Origin: an uncultured Gammaproteobacteria bacterium
GTDB lineage: Bacteria > Pseudomonadota > Gammaproteobacteria > Eutrophobiales > Eutrophobiaceae
DNA length: 64,000 nucleotides
Direction of reading: 5' to 3'
Assembly: GCA_938084745.1 (NCBI GenBank)
Contig: CALKEZ010000006.1
Span: 195,007 to 259,006 of the forward strand
This document shows, piece after piece, positions 37,864 through 47,329 of this stretch (position 1 is its first letter; every line of letters starts with the position of its first letter). The translations under genes were made by a program, and so were the position numbers. Under the pieces are notes generated by a model. That model searched no databases and was not told where the DNA came from. It saw nothing but the letters and a program-made list of their open reading frames with translations.

Positions 37864-39948
37864 TTAGCGGACAGGTAATGTGATGCTGATGCGCACCCCT
37901 TTATTTTCCTCCAGATTTCGTGCTGAAATTGCAGCGCCGTGAAATTCAGCTATCAGGCGTGCGACAAAAAGGCCCAGCCCTAAATGCGGACCCTTGCCGG
38001 AGCGTTCTGAACGAATAGAAACCATGGAATTGAATAAATCGTGCAGCATGTCTTCCGGCAAGCAAGGCCCTTTATTTATCACGTCCAGTTCTATAGCGTT
38101 CACTTTATCTATTAGATCTATAGTTATCGCCTCATCGGCAGCAGAAAAATCGACGGCATTACCAACCAGTTTGTCCAGCATTTGAAAAAACAAGTCCCGG
38201 TTTATTGCGTAAGTTAAATCCGTATCAGGCAAAGTTAATTTGAATGCGTTTTCAGGATAAGCGCTTTGATAACCGGCAACACATTGCGCGAGGAATTCAT
38301 TCAGGTTTGTTGTTTGTTTATCTGCTTCCTGTAAGGCTTGTTCCAGTCGTGCAGCTTCACTCAGCCGCGTAAGTAAAGCTTGTAGTCGATGCAAACCTGC
38401 ATCAGCTGCCTGCAGGGCAATCTTTCGGCCTTCCTCATCCTGTTCGTGTTGTAATCGGTCTAATGACGATTTGACTATCGCCATGGGTGTGCGCAGTTCA
38501 TGCGACAGACGACTTGCCATACCTTCAAGGTAACTATGATACTGCTGCAAGCGATCCAGCATATTGCTAAAACTCCGGGATAATTCACCTATTTCATCGC
38601 TGGCGTTACTTGCTGAAATAGCACCGGTTACTTTGCCATATTCATCAATCGCCATGCTTGTTTGACGATTGAGTTTTATCAGGCGTGAAGACAAGCGACT
38701 GGCAAATAATAAAAGCAGAAAAACGATAACAAAAAAGATTAATAATGTTTTATTGAACAGGCCTGCCAATACCTGCCGTTGCATAATCTGTATATTATTC
38801 GTTGTCTCTTCAACAACAACCGCACCTAGAATTTTATTATCAAACCAGATCGGCGTAGCGGCAGAGACAATGACAGCTTTTCCATCTGGTGAGGAGCGCC
38901 AACGTGTCCGGGTATTGCCGGACAGTGCCTGCTTTACTTCATCGCCTTGCAAGCGGGATGCGCCCGCTAAATCATCTTTAAATTGATCATAGGCAGGGGG
39001 TAATAATAGCGTGTATACAATATTGAATACATTATCGGGAAAATCACGTTTCAAGCTACCATCACTGGCAAGCACCTGGGCTGATTTATCCAATACCCAT
39101 ACCCGCCGGCCTTCACTACGACCTTGCGTATAGATAATATTTTGTATGCGTTTTGATGAACTTATTATTTTTCCGGGTTCTGCATACACCTCTGCACCAA
39201 AGGTGCTGATGACGTTTGCAACATGATCACGATCATCATCCACGTCATAGAAAACAAACCCAAGGTTCTGGCCGAGCATATACACTGGTATTTTAATTTC
39301 AATATTGTAACCGGCGTCAGTTGCTTGCCAAACAGCTGAAGTATTGGTCAGGTTTTTTTGAGTACGCGTTTCTACACCATATTCATCATAGGCTTCTTCA
39401 TATCGAAACGGCCTGATCAATCCCGGACCACTGGGAGCCAGGTAATCACTTTGCATACGTTGATATTTATCACGATAGACTATCGCCACATGATCCCCGT
39501 TGATATGATCAAAGCTATTCAGCGTGGAATAGACCAATACATCATCCTTAACTTGCATCAGCACATAGTAATAATGCTCGTCTTTACTCACTATCAGTTT
39601 AAAGTTATCCGGGTAAGTCGATGATGGGGAATGATACGTATCAGACCAGTCGATATAAAATAACCAGTCATCGGTATAACCGTCCAGCTGCACATTATTA
39701 TTCAATTGGTGTACGTAAAGACTGTTTGTATTTTCATTAAAGCTCGTTTCAAATAAACGAGGCTTGTCATTTAAAGCGCCGGCCACAGCATAGGAGGAAT
39801 CGACCAGTGAGGCTTCCAGGGAATCTCTGAGATAGACCTCCATTTGTCGTAAATAATCGAAGCCCATATAAGGAATAATCAGGACAGCAACTGACAACAA
39901 CATTAACTTGCTGCGCAGGGTAAATTTAATTTTGGCTTGAGACATCAA
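37864..39948 (-). CDS. pdsS: Proteobacterial dedicated sortase system histidine kinase
   Basis: 694-aa ORF with a large periplasmic domain between two TM helices, an H-box (SHELRTPMA) and an ATPase G-box (GLGLFVARLIAEFHG). It is adjacent to the matching response regulator and the sortase/target pair. Confidence 0.8.
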   Translation of the reverse strand: MMSQAKIKFTLRSKLMLLSVAVLIIPYMGFDYLRQMEVYLRDSLEASLVDSSYAVAGALNDKPRLFETSFNENTNSLYVHQLNNNVQLDGYTDDWLFYIDWSDTYHSPSSTYPDNFKLIVSKDEHYYYVLMQVKDDVLVYSTLNSFDHINGDHVAIVYRDKYQRMQSDYLAPSGPGLIRPFRYEEAYDEYGVETRTQKNLTNTSAVWQATDAGYNIEIKIPVYMLGQNLGFVFYDVDDDRDHVANVISTFGAEVYAEPGKIISSSKRIQNIIYTQGRSEGRRVWVLDKSAQVLASDGSLKRDFPDNVFNIVYTLLLPPAYDQFKDDLAGASRLQGDEVKQALSGNTRTRWRSSPDGKAVIVSAATPIWFDNKILGAVVVEETTNNIQIMQRQVLAGLFNKTLLIFFVIVFLLLLFASRLSSRLIKLNRQTSMAIDEYGKVTGAISASNASDEIGELSRSFSNMLDRLQQYHSYLEGMASRLSHELRTPMAIVKSSLDRLQHEQDEEGRKIALQAADAGLHRLQALLTRLSEAARLEQALQEADKQTTNLNEFLAQCVAGYQSAYPENAFKLTLPDTDLTYAINRDLFFQMLDKLVGNAVDFSAADEAITIDLIDKVNAIELDVINKGPCLPEDMLHDLFNSMVSIRSERSGKGPHLGLGLFVARLIAEFHGAAISARNLEENKGVRISITLPVR

Positions 39949-39974
39949 TAGATTTAATATTGTTTATCGTTATA

Positions 39975-40661
39975 TTACGCTTTCCATCGATAACCAACGC
40001 CATATATCGTTTCGATATGATCAAAACCATCATCCAGTTCTTTAAACTTTTTCCGAATGCGTTTTATGTGTGACGTAATCGTGCCGTCATCGACAAAGAT
40101 ATTTGCATCTTGCATTAACTGCTCCCTGTTTTTCACGTGCCCTACTCTTTTTGCCAGTGAATAAACCATCCAGAATTCCGTTAAACTTAAATCAACTACG
40201 GTGCTCTTCCATTCAATTTGAAAACGCTGCGCGTCGATCATTAACGCTTCATGTTTGATTTGGTCAACATCCGTTGCGGTTTGCAATGCCTGGATACGAC
40301 GGAACAAGGCTGCTATACGCGCAAGAATGTGTGGCATGCTGGTGTCTTTACTTAGATAGTCATCCGCACCCAATCGCAAACCTGAAATAGTATCGAAATC
40401 CGAGTCCCGCGCTGTAAGGAATATGATAGGTATGGTTCTTGAAAGTGCGCGTATTTCCCGACAAAGATCAAACCCGGCTTCGACTTCATCGCCAAGACCA
40501 ATATCCAGAAGCGCCAGATCCGGCAACCGTTTGTAAACCGTACTTATAGCGTCTTGCTTGTTATTGCAGGTAATCACGTCATAGCCTTGCTGGCGTATAG
40601 CTAACGCATAGTTTTCGCAGAGTATGGGTTCATCCTCAACGAGGAGAATCTGTTTGGGCAT
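39975..40661 (-). CDS. pdsR: Proteobacterial dedicated sortase system response regulator (OmpR family)
   Basis: 228-aa ORF with a receiver domain (ILLVEDEP, LALLDIGL) and an OmpR-type winged helix (IETIYGVGYRW). Confidence 0.85.
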   Translation of the reverse strand: MPKQILLVEDEPILCENYALAIRQQGYDVITCNNKQDAISTVYKRLPDLALLDIGLGDEVEAGFDLCREIRALSRTIPIIFLTARDSDFDTISGLRLGADDYLSKDTSMPHILARIAALFRRIQALQTATDVDQIKHEALMIDAQRFQIEWKSTVVDLSLTEFWMVYSLAKRVGHVKNREQLMQDANIFVDDGTITSHIKRIRKKFKELDDGFDHIETIYGVGYRWKA

Positions 40662-40862
40662 TAGCTACTCCATGATATTTGTTATACGCCTACTTTAGAG
40701 TGCTTGTCGTAAAAATTGAAGGACCTCGAAGTGATTGCCCTGTTTTTGCCACAATTCATCATCACTTTTCCTGTTTTTCATCCCTTGGCTGCCATTTGCA
40801 TGCTTTTTAATAGTCTCCAGTTTAATCCGAATCAGGGCAGTTTTAAAAAGGAGGCATTCACC

Positions 40863-41114
40863 ATGAAACACATCAAGACATTATCGCTTGTACTTTTATT
40901 GATCACTCAATTCAACCTGAGCGCAAAGGAGGTGAAAGCAGATCCCGATCCGCCCAGGAGAAATGTCGGATTTGGCATCGGCGCAATTATCGGTGGACTG
41001 CTGGCTGGACCACCGGGCGCGATTGTGAGTGCTGCCAGTGGCATGAAGATAGTGAAGCTTGCCTGTTTGACCGCAAGGGAAGAATTAACTTATCGCTTGA
41101 TAAGCGAGGCATGA
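40863..41114 (+). CDS. Small secreted glycine-zipper protein
   Basis: I chose the ATG at 40863, which follows a strong RBS (AAAAAGGAGG, 7 nt spacer), over the tracked 40716 start. The product has a signal peptide (MKHIKTLSLVLLLITQFNLSA) and a glycine zipper (GFGIGAIIGGLLAGPPGAIVSAASG). It ends 6 nt before the sortase-target gene. Confidence 0.5.
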   Translation: MKHIKTLSLVLLLITQFNLSAKEVKADPDPPRRNVGFGIGAIIGGLLAGPPGAIVSAASGMKIVKLACLTAREELTYRLISEA

Positions 41115-41120
41115 AATCAC

Positions 41121-43259
41121 ATGATTAATCATACGCTTTCATCAAATCAATTATTCACGAGTCCACGATTCTTTTTTGCCACAACCGGACTGAGTATTTT
41201 TTTCAACCTGTTACTGATTAGCTGGTTATTACTGAACAGTATCGACGCCACCGCTGATGCTATTACCGAAACAGACGTAGTCGAAAATATCGGTGAACTG
41301 GGGCAAGGCACGCTTTTGTTTAAATATCTTAATCAATATAAAAAAGCGCCACAGTTAACTATTGATGTGCGCATGAAGATCACCGGCATGATCAATCGTG
41401 TCACAGTGATACAAACATTCAGCAACACAACGGATGCCTGGCAGGAAGGTATTTACGTTTTTCCGCTGCCCGAAAATGCAGCCGTTGATCAACTTCGATT
41501 GCGCGTTGGCGAACGTATTGTTGAAGGACAAATAAAAGAGAAACAGGAGGCTAAAAAAACCTACCAGCAAGCAATAAAACAGGGGAAAAAGGCAGCGCTA
41601 ACCGAACAGGAAAGACCCAACGTCTTCACGACCTCAGTCGCTAATATTGCACCACACGAGACAGTAACGGTAGAAATCGAATACCAGCAAATTGTTCACT
41701 ATGATAATGCCGCATTCTCAATACGTTTCCCGATGGTGGTTGGACCACGCTATATACCGGGCCAACAACGTATTAATGGCTTCGCCGGCACCGGCTGGGC
41801 CTTGAATACTGACCAAGTTCCTGACGCAACGCGAATAACACCACCCGTAATAGCGCCGGGAAGTGATCGTAAAAACAAAGTCTCGATTCGAATAGATCTC
41901 GATGCTGGACTGCAACTGGATAAAATTTACAGCCCTTACCATGCTATTCAAATTGATGAGCAAGCCCATCGTTATCAGATCCAATTAAAGCAGGAATTGA
42001 CCCTGGCTAATAAAGATTTCGAATTGATCTGGCTACCGCATACCAGTGATGCACCCAAAGCCGCATTATTCACTGAGAAAGTAAACGGTGAAACCTATGC
42101 CTTGATTATGATGATACCGCCCACTGTTAAAAAAACCGAATCATTAAATCGAGAGATTATTTATGTTATCGATACTTCGGGCTCTATGGGAGGTCAATCA
42201 ATCATACAGGCACGCGCCGCACTTGAACTCGCCTTGACCCGGCTTAAGCCAGGAGATAGGTTTAATATTATTCAATTCAATTCATGGACAGCAAAACTTT
42301 TTAGCCGGTCTGAATTAGTCAGCCCGGCGTCACTGGAACAGGCTTTACATTATGTTCGTTCGTTAGAAGCAAGTGGTGGCACCGAGATGGCAACAGCCTT
42401 ACATGCGGCCTTAGCTAATCAGGGTGAGCATGAAAGTTTACGTCAGATTATCTTTATAACTGATGGCAGTATTGGTAATGAACAAGTCTTATTTGACATC
42501 ATTCAAATGGAACTTGGGCAAAGTCGTCTCTTCACTGTTGGCATTGGATCAGCGCCCAATTCTCATTTTATGCAACGCGCTGCCACTTTTGGTCGTGGCA
42601 CACATTCGTATATCGGCAAACTTGATGAGGTTCAAACACGCATGCAAAGCTTGTTTGAAAAAATCGAGAACCCGATTTTGAAAGATATTCATGTTGATTG
42701 GGGTCAGGTTAACAAGCAAACAAATAACAGCGCAGTAAATATCGATCACTGGCCACAAAAAATACCGGATCTCTATCAAGGCGAACCGCTATTAATTACA
42801 GCAAAAGTCGATGCCCTGCCTGATACTATTTTGATCAGTGGTCACGTTGCTAAACAAGACTGGAACGCAACATTAAACCTGAGCGGCGGACAAAATCGAC
42901 CCGGCATTGCGACGCTATGGGCACGCAACAAGATCGCGGCATTGATGCAACAAAAACGCGATGCTGAATTTGAGTCCACTAAACAAGTCATTATTGCTAC
43001 GGCACTGAAACATCATCTGGTCAGTCAATACACCAGTCTGGTTGCTGTCGATGTGACACCGAGTCGACCGCTGGACAAAAACATCAATACAAACGCTATC
43101 CCCACGCATCTGCCTGCAGGTTGGGATCATACTAAAGTCTTTGGTCAACCCTTCCCGGCAACGGCGACTGATGCGCGTATCAACTTCATCATAGGTCTAG
43201 TGCTTATGTTTATCTCTGTACTTTTATATCTCTGTCGTCGCCGTGAAACCTGTATTTAA
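41121..43259 (+). CDS. Marine proteobacterial sortase target protein (VIT + vWA domains, C-terminal sorting signal)
   Basis: 712-aa ORF with a VIT-like N-domain, a vWA domain with MIDAS (IYVIDTSGSMGG) and a tripartite C-terminal signal (see next feature). Confidence 0.85.
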   Translation: MINHTLSSNQLFTSPRFFFATTGLSIFFNLLLISWLLLNSIDATADAITETDVVENIGELGQGTLLFKYLNQYKKAPQLTIDVRMKITGMINRVTVIQTFSNTTDAWQEGIYVFPLPENAAVDQLRLRVGERIVEGQIKEKQEAKKTYQQAIKQGKKAALTEQERPNVFTTSVANIAPHETVTVEIEYQQIVHYDNAAFSIRFPMVVGPRYIPGQQRINGFAGTGWALNTDQVPDATRITPPVIAPGSDRKNKVSIRIDLDAGLQLDKIYSPYHAIQIDEQAHRYQIQLKQELTLANKDFELIWLPHTSDAPKAALFTEKVNGETYALIMMIPPTVKKTESLNREIIYVIDTSGSMGGQSIIQARAALELALTRLKPGDRFNIIQFNSWTAKLFSRSELVSPASLEQALHYVRSLEASGGTEMATALHAALANQGEHESLRQIIFITDGSIGNEQVLFDIIQMELGQSRLFTVGIGSAPNSHFMQRAATFGRGTHSYIGKLDEVQTRMQSLFEKIENPILKDIHVDWGQVNKQTNNSAVNIDHWPQKIPDLYQGEPLLITAKVDALPDTILISGHVAKQDWNATLNLSGGQNRPGIATLWARNKIAALMQQKRDAEFESTKQVIIATALKHHLVSQYTSLVAVDVTPSRPLDKNINTNAIPTHLPAGWDHTKVFGQPFPATATDARINFIIGLVLMFISVLLYLCRRRETCI
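43152..43259 (+). other. Cell-wall-sorting-type signal: FPATAT motif + hydrophobic helix + basic tail
   Basis: The last 35 aa are FPATAT-DARINFIIGLVLMFISVLLYL-CRRRETCI. The motif is encoded at nt 43152-43169. It resembles the LPxTA/ST-type signal that I recall for this sortase class, with Phe in place of Leu. Confidence 0.6.
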
Positions 43260-43827
43260 AACATTGTTGTTAATCGTCCTCCCCCTCTGCGGCTTTTGGT
43301 TTATAGGCAATGCTGCCTATATCCATGCCAAGGCAGTATGTGCACAACTCCTCCTGGAGACAGCATGGACAGAAACGCTTACTGGTCATAAGGAGGTGAA
43401 ACCCTGGCCATGGGCAGATACCTGGCCTGTTGCTCGTCTTAGTGCACCCGAACTTGGTATTAGTCGCATCGTCCTGGCCGGGGCCAGTGGTTCTTCACTG
43501 GCTTTCGGCCCAGGACACCTTTATGGAAGCACACCACCGGGAGGTGCAGGCAACATTATTATCTCGGGTCACAGAGACACCCATTTTTCATTTCTGCAGA
43601 AACTTAAGCGAGGAGACCATTTACAACTTGAGTCAGACAACACAAAAAAATCTTATCAGATAACAAAAATAGTCATTTTCGATAAAACCAAAACGGCTGT
43701 TATACCGACAGATAGCAAAAACAAATTACTTCTTGTTACCTGTTATCCCTTTGACGCAATACGGGCAGGCGGTCCTTTACGCTACGTTGTTATCGCCGAG
43801 CCTGTTGCCCCCTTTAAGCTAACGTGA
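43243..43827 (+). CDS. Sortase, Gram-negative (class GN / marine proteobacterial) type
   Basis: 194-aa ORF with a GTG start that overlaps the target gene by 17 nt. It has an N-terminal TM anchor and a catalytic triad context (ISGHRDTHF, LLLVTCYPF, GPLRYVV). Confidence 0.85.
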   Translation: MKPVFKTLLLIVLPLCGFWFIGNAAYIHAKAVCAQLLLETAWTETLTGHKEVKPWPWADTWPVARLSAPELGISRIVLAGASGSSLAFGPGHLYGSTPPGGAGNIIISGHRDTHFSFLQKLKRGDHLQLESDNTKKSYQITKIVIFDKTKTAVIPTDSKNKLLLVTCYPFDAIRAGGPLRYVVIAEPVAPFKLT

Positions 43828-43836
43828 GGATCTATT

Positions 43837-45162
43837 ATGTATGCATTATTAAAATCGACTTGCGAAATACCGGTGCCCCTGGAACGCACACTGCGATTAA
43901 CCGAACGCGTTAACCCTGTGTTAGGTAATGACGTCAGGCGGCGTTTACGTTACATGCACTTGCAGAGCTTTGATCAGGAACAGGGTGGATTATTATCACC
44001 GATTAAATTCATTGACCGGGATAGCACAGAATACTCGCTGCTGTTAACAGCCGAGCATGATCGAAATGAGGAGCGCATGGCACGACTAACATTAGATAAC
44101 GCCATGGCATTAAAAGATCCTGTCTGGGGCGGAATCTATCAATATTCCACCCAGGGCAAATGGGACATTCCACACTACCGCAAAACCATAGCCGCCCAGG
44201 CCGGTCACTTACGTTTATATTCACTGGCCTATGCCCAGATGAAACTGAATCGCTATCTTGACGTCACAAACTCGATTCAGTCATATATCAAAGACTTTAT
44301 GACTTCGGCATCAGGCGCATTTTATTCAGGCCAGACCGATTGCATCGCTGATGTAAATCCAAACCATTTCTTTTCGCTGAATGATTCAGATCGAAAGATA
44401 ATTGGCATACCCGAGATAGATAAACGTATCTTGACCAGAGAAAATGGCTGGATGATTGAAGCGCTGGCAACACATTATGAATACTGTGGTGTGCAGGAAA
44501 GTCTGACGATGGCCATCAATGCCAGTCATTGGGTAAATCAATATTGTCGAAAGCACGATGGTGGTTATTCGGGCAGTAACATGACTGATAAACCGATGTG
44601 CCTGTCCGATACGCTGGCAATGGCAAGGGCATTATTACAACTATACCGGGTGACCTTTAATAGGCATTTTTTAGCACAAGCCTGCGAATCGGCGAAGTTC
44701 ATCGAACGGCATTTCAGGAATGCCATTTGTGGTTATAACAGTCGTTTACTGTCGAAAAATGAAACAACTCCACCACGACAAATAGACGAGAACATTTCAC
44801 TCACCCGGTTTAGCAATCTGTTGCATTATTATGCTGAAGATCAACAATACGCAAACATAGCCAAACAGGGATTACGATATTTATCTATACCAGAGATTGC
44901 CACCGCACGCATGGAGGAAGCAGGTATATTACTAATTGACCGCGAAATGTCATTTCAGCCCTTAACCATAACCATAAACGGTAAAAGGCACGATCCTGTC
45001 GTGAATGATTTTATCAAGATCGCTCACCGTCATCACGGCTGGTATAAATTGATAAGACTGAGTTCATCCGGGCCAGTTTCAGCCTCGATAGAGATCGACC
45101 ATATAAAATCAAAACCGGTCACTACAGCGGACAGTTTTCAGCGACTAGTACAAAATCATTAG
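43837..45162 (+). CDS. Hypothetical protein, alpha/alpha-barrel (DUF255 C-terminal / N-acylglucosamine-2-epimerase-like) by pattern
   Basis: 441-aa ORF that starts 9 nt after the sortase stop. It has repeated helical-hairpin segments (AAQAGHLRLYSLAYAQ, GWMIEALATHYEY, LSDTLAMARALLQLYRVT). The fold call is tentative. Confidence 0.55.
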   Translation: MYALLKSTCEIPVPLERTLRLTERVNPVLGNDVRRRLRYMHLQSFDQEQGGLLSPIKFIDRDSTEYSLLLTAEHDRNEERMARLTLDNAMALKDPVWGGIYQYSTQGKWDIPHYRKTIAAQAGHLRLYSLAYAQMKLNRYLDVTNSIQSYIKDFMTSASGAFYSGQTDCIADVNPNHFFSLNDSDRKIIGIPEIDKRILTRENGWMIEALATHYEYCGVQESLTMAINASHWVNQYCRKHDGGYSGSNMTDKPMCLSDTLAMARALLQLYRVTFNRHFLAQACESAKFIERHFRNAICGYNSRLLSKNETTPPRQIDENISLTRFSNLLHYYAEDQQYANIAKQGLRYLSIPEIATARMEEAGILLIDREMSFQPLTITINGKRHDPVVNDFIKIAHRHHGWYKLIRLSSSGPVSASIEIDHIKSKPVTTADSFQRLVQNH

Positions 45163-45312
45163 GCTAAATACTGAACTTGACAGATTAGCTCAACGGGCAG
45201 AGACTCGCGCGCCATGGATACTCGCCCACACCTATTTGCCATTCAGCCTGGTTGCGCTGTGTGCCGAAGAATTATAACGTTTTAGTTAAAAAATATGATT
45301 CACCCGAAAGAG

Positions 45313-45340
45313 CCACAGGTAATAATCCTGTGGTTTTTTT
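45313..45340 (+). terminator. Rho-independent terminator closing the sortase operon
   Basis: The stem is CCACAGG (45313-45319) / CCTGTGG (45327-45333) with a 7-nt loop, followed by T7 (45334-45340). Confidence 0.7.
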
Positions 45341-45360
45341 GCGCGCCACGGAGCACGAGC

Positions 45361-46245
45361 ATGCAACTTATAACAGCCTATATTTCAGTTGTCCTCATTT
45401 GGGCAACCACACCACTCGCCATACAATGGAGTAGCGAATCAGTCGGTTTTTTATTCGGCATTTCAAGCCGCATGCTTCTGGGTGCGATACTGGCACTGGT
45501 TCTGATTATCTTGTTTGGCAAAAAACTCGCTCTCGATCGTAAAGCACTACAAACCTACATTGCCTCAGGTCTCGGTTTATTTTCGGCTATGCTCACAGTT
45601 TATTGGAGTGCACAATTTATACCCTCAGGATGGGTTTCGATCATTTATGGCGTCACACCGATTGTGACCGGTTTATTTGCAATGCAGTTGCTTGGCGAAA
45701 AAGGCCTGAGCCTGTTGCGTGTATTTGCAATCATACTTGGCATTTTGGGGCTCTATGTCATGTTTGAAACCGGGCTCCAATATGGGCCAAAAACAACTTA
45801 CGGCATTATCGGTGTTATCGCATCGTCGGTTTTTTATTCATTAAGCATGGTAATGGTAAAAAAGATCAATGCTGATATCGATACCTACTCAACGGTTACA
45901 GGTGGCTTATTAGTTTCAGGCTTATTATTTGTTGGTGTCTGGAGTATTTCGGGTACGGGTATTCCCGTAACCATACCGGATCGTGTTGGCTGGTCTATTT
46001 TCTACCTTGCAACGATAGGATCACTACTCGGTTTTTTCCTGTTTTATTACGTGCTAAAGCGCATCGAAGCCACGCGAGCGTCATTGATTACTTTAATGAC
46101 CCCCGTCTGTGCCATGTTACTCGGTCATCTTGTTAACGATGAGCCTCTCACCCGCGAGATTATCACCGGTTGCACCTTGATTCTGTCAGGCTTGCTTTTA
46201 TTCGAATTTGAAGGTGCAATACACCGTATAAAAATAGTCAACTAA
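45361..46245 (+). CDS. DMT-superfamily (EamA-type) transporter
   Basis: It has ten hydrophobic segments in two EamA-like halves. The start is set at the ATG at 45361 (MQLITAYISVVLIWATTPLA) because the tracked 45295 start would place a terminator hairpin inside the gene. Confidence 0.8.
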   Translation: MQLITAYISVVLIWATTPLAIQWSSESVGFLFGISSRMLLGAILALVLIILFGKKLALDRKALQTYIASGLGLFSAMLTVYWSAQFIPSGWVSIIYGVTPIVTGLFAMQLLGEKGLSLLRVFAIILGILGLYVMFETGLQYGPKTTYGIIGVIASSVFYSLSMVMVKKINADIDTYSTVTGGLLVSGLLFVGVWSISGTGIPVTIPDRVGWSIFYLATIGSLLGFFLFYYVLKRIEATRASLITLMTPVCAMLLGHLVNDEPLTREIITGCTLILSGLLLFEFEGAIHRIKIVN

Positions 46246-46266
46246 TAAAAATTATGGAGATTTAGC

Positions 46267-47055
46267 ATGAGTGACACTTTTGTAGCATTACTAATTAATA
46301 TTGTTATAGCCGCCGCTATTTTATTTGGCGGAATCTGGCTATCCAAGCAAGCTAAAAAATACATTGTAGTGATTATGGAAAGACGAAATGTAGATGCACT
46401 GCTCGCTTCTTTTTCCAGCAATATAGTCTATGTCGCGCTGGTCGCTTTTGTTGTTATTGCCGCACTCAGTAAACTTGGTATCCAGACAACATCATTTGTC
46501 GCTATCATCGGTGCCGCAGGTTTAGCCGTTGGTTTAGCCTTGCAAGGCTCTTTAGCTAACTTTGCATCTGGCGTTATGATCATCGCCTTTCGTCCCTTTA
46601 AAGTAGGTGACTTTATTGAAGCTGGCGGAGTCGCCGGGGTAGTAGAAGGCATACAAATTTTTTCTACACAGATGCGCACCGGTGACAACAAACAAATTAT
46701 AGTTCCTAACTCTAATATTACCGGTAGCAATATCACGAATTACTCGGCTAAAGATACTCGGCGGGTTGATATGATTTTCGGTGTCGGTTACGGCGATGAC
46801 ATCAAGAAGACAAAGGATGTCTTGACTGAATTAATCGAAAGAGACGATCGAATCCTGAAAGATCCGGCGCCATTGGTTGCGGTCTCTGCTCTTGCCGATA
46901 GCAGTGTTAACTTTGTAGTAAGACCATGGGTTAAATCAGCAGATTACTGGGGGGTTATGTTTGACTTCACGGAAGCCGTAAAATTACGCTTTGATGAAGA
47001 AGGCATCTCAATTCCTTACCCACAACAGGATGTTCATCTGCATAAAGTAGATTGA
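46267..47055 (+). CDS. Small-conductance mechanosensitive channel (MscS family)
   Basis: 262-aa ORF with three N-terminal TM helices and an MscS core (GLALQGSLANFASGVMIIAFRPFKVGDFIE, IIVPNSNI). Confidence 0.85.
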   Translation: MSDTFVALLINIVIAAAILFGGIWLSKQAKKYIVVIMERRNVDALLASFSSNIVYVALVAFVVIAALSKLGIQTTSFVAIIGAAGLAVGLALQGSLANFASGVMIIAFRPFKVGDFIEAGGVAGVVEGIQIFSTQMRTGDNKQIIVPNSNITGSNITNYSAKDTRRVDMIFGVGYGDDIKKTKDVLTELIERDDRILKDPAPLVAVSALADSSVNFVVRPWVKSADYWGVMFDFTEAVKLRFDEEGISIPYPQQDVHLHKVD

Positions 47056-47067
47056 TAAACCTGATAC

Positions 47068-47097
47068 AAAAAAGGGCTATGATTTAGCCCTTTTTTG
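47068..47097 (+). terminator. Rho-independent terminator after the MscS gene (A-tract upstream, so potentially bidirectional)
   Basis: The stem is GGGCTA (47074-47079) / TAGCCC (47085-47090) with loop TGATT, flanked by A6 upstream and T6 (47091-47096) downstream. Confidence 0.75.
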
Positions 47098-47329
47098 TAC
47101 TCAGGATCAGTAAATATAAAACTTCCGCTTGTAAAAACTCGTCTGTTTTAATCAGATGGCATTCATACCCACTGTTCACTCTGAAAGACCTCTCTTTTCG
47201 ACAAATTATTTTTCTTGTCTTGATAAAAATATTTCATTGTACTTATAAATCAATTAACAATATAAATCGCTGAAATCTATAGCGATTATTTTTAAAATAT
47301 TTTTATCAAAAATCTAGAAGGTTAGTTTA

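Noticed and set aside
40786-40800. A sigma54-like TGGCTG-CCAT-TTGCA upstream of the small glycine-zipper gene.
   Set aside because: The spacer between the -24 and -12 elements is one nucleotide short (N4 instead of N5). Sigma54 tolerates almost no spacing change.
40716-40862. The tracked 132-aa ORF start at 40716 for the gene ahead of the sortase target.
   Set aside because: The upstream 49 codons have no RBS and read as promoter-like T-rich DNA. ATG 40863 has a strong Shine-Dalgarno sequence and yields a proper signal peptide.
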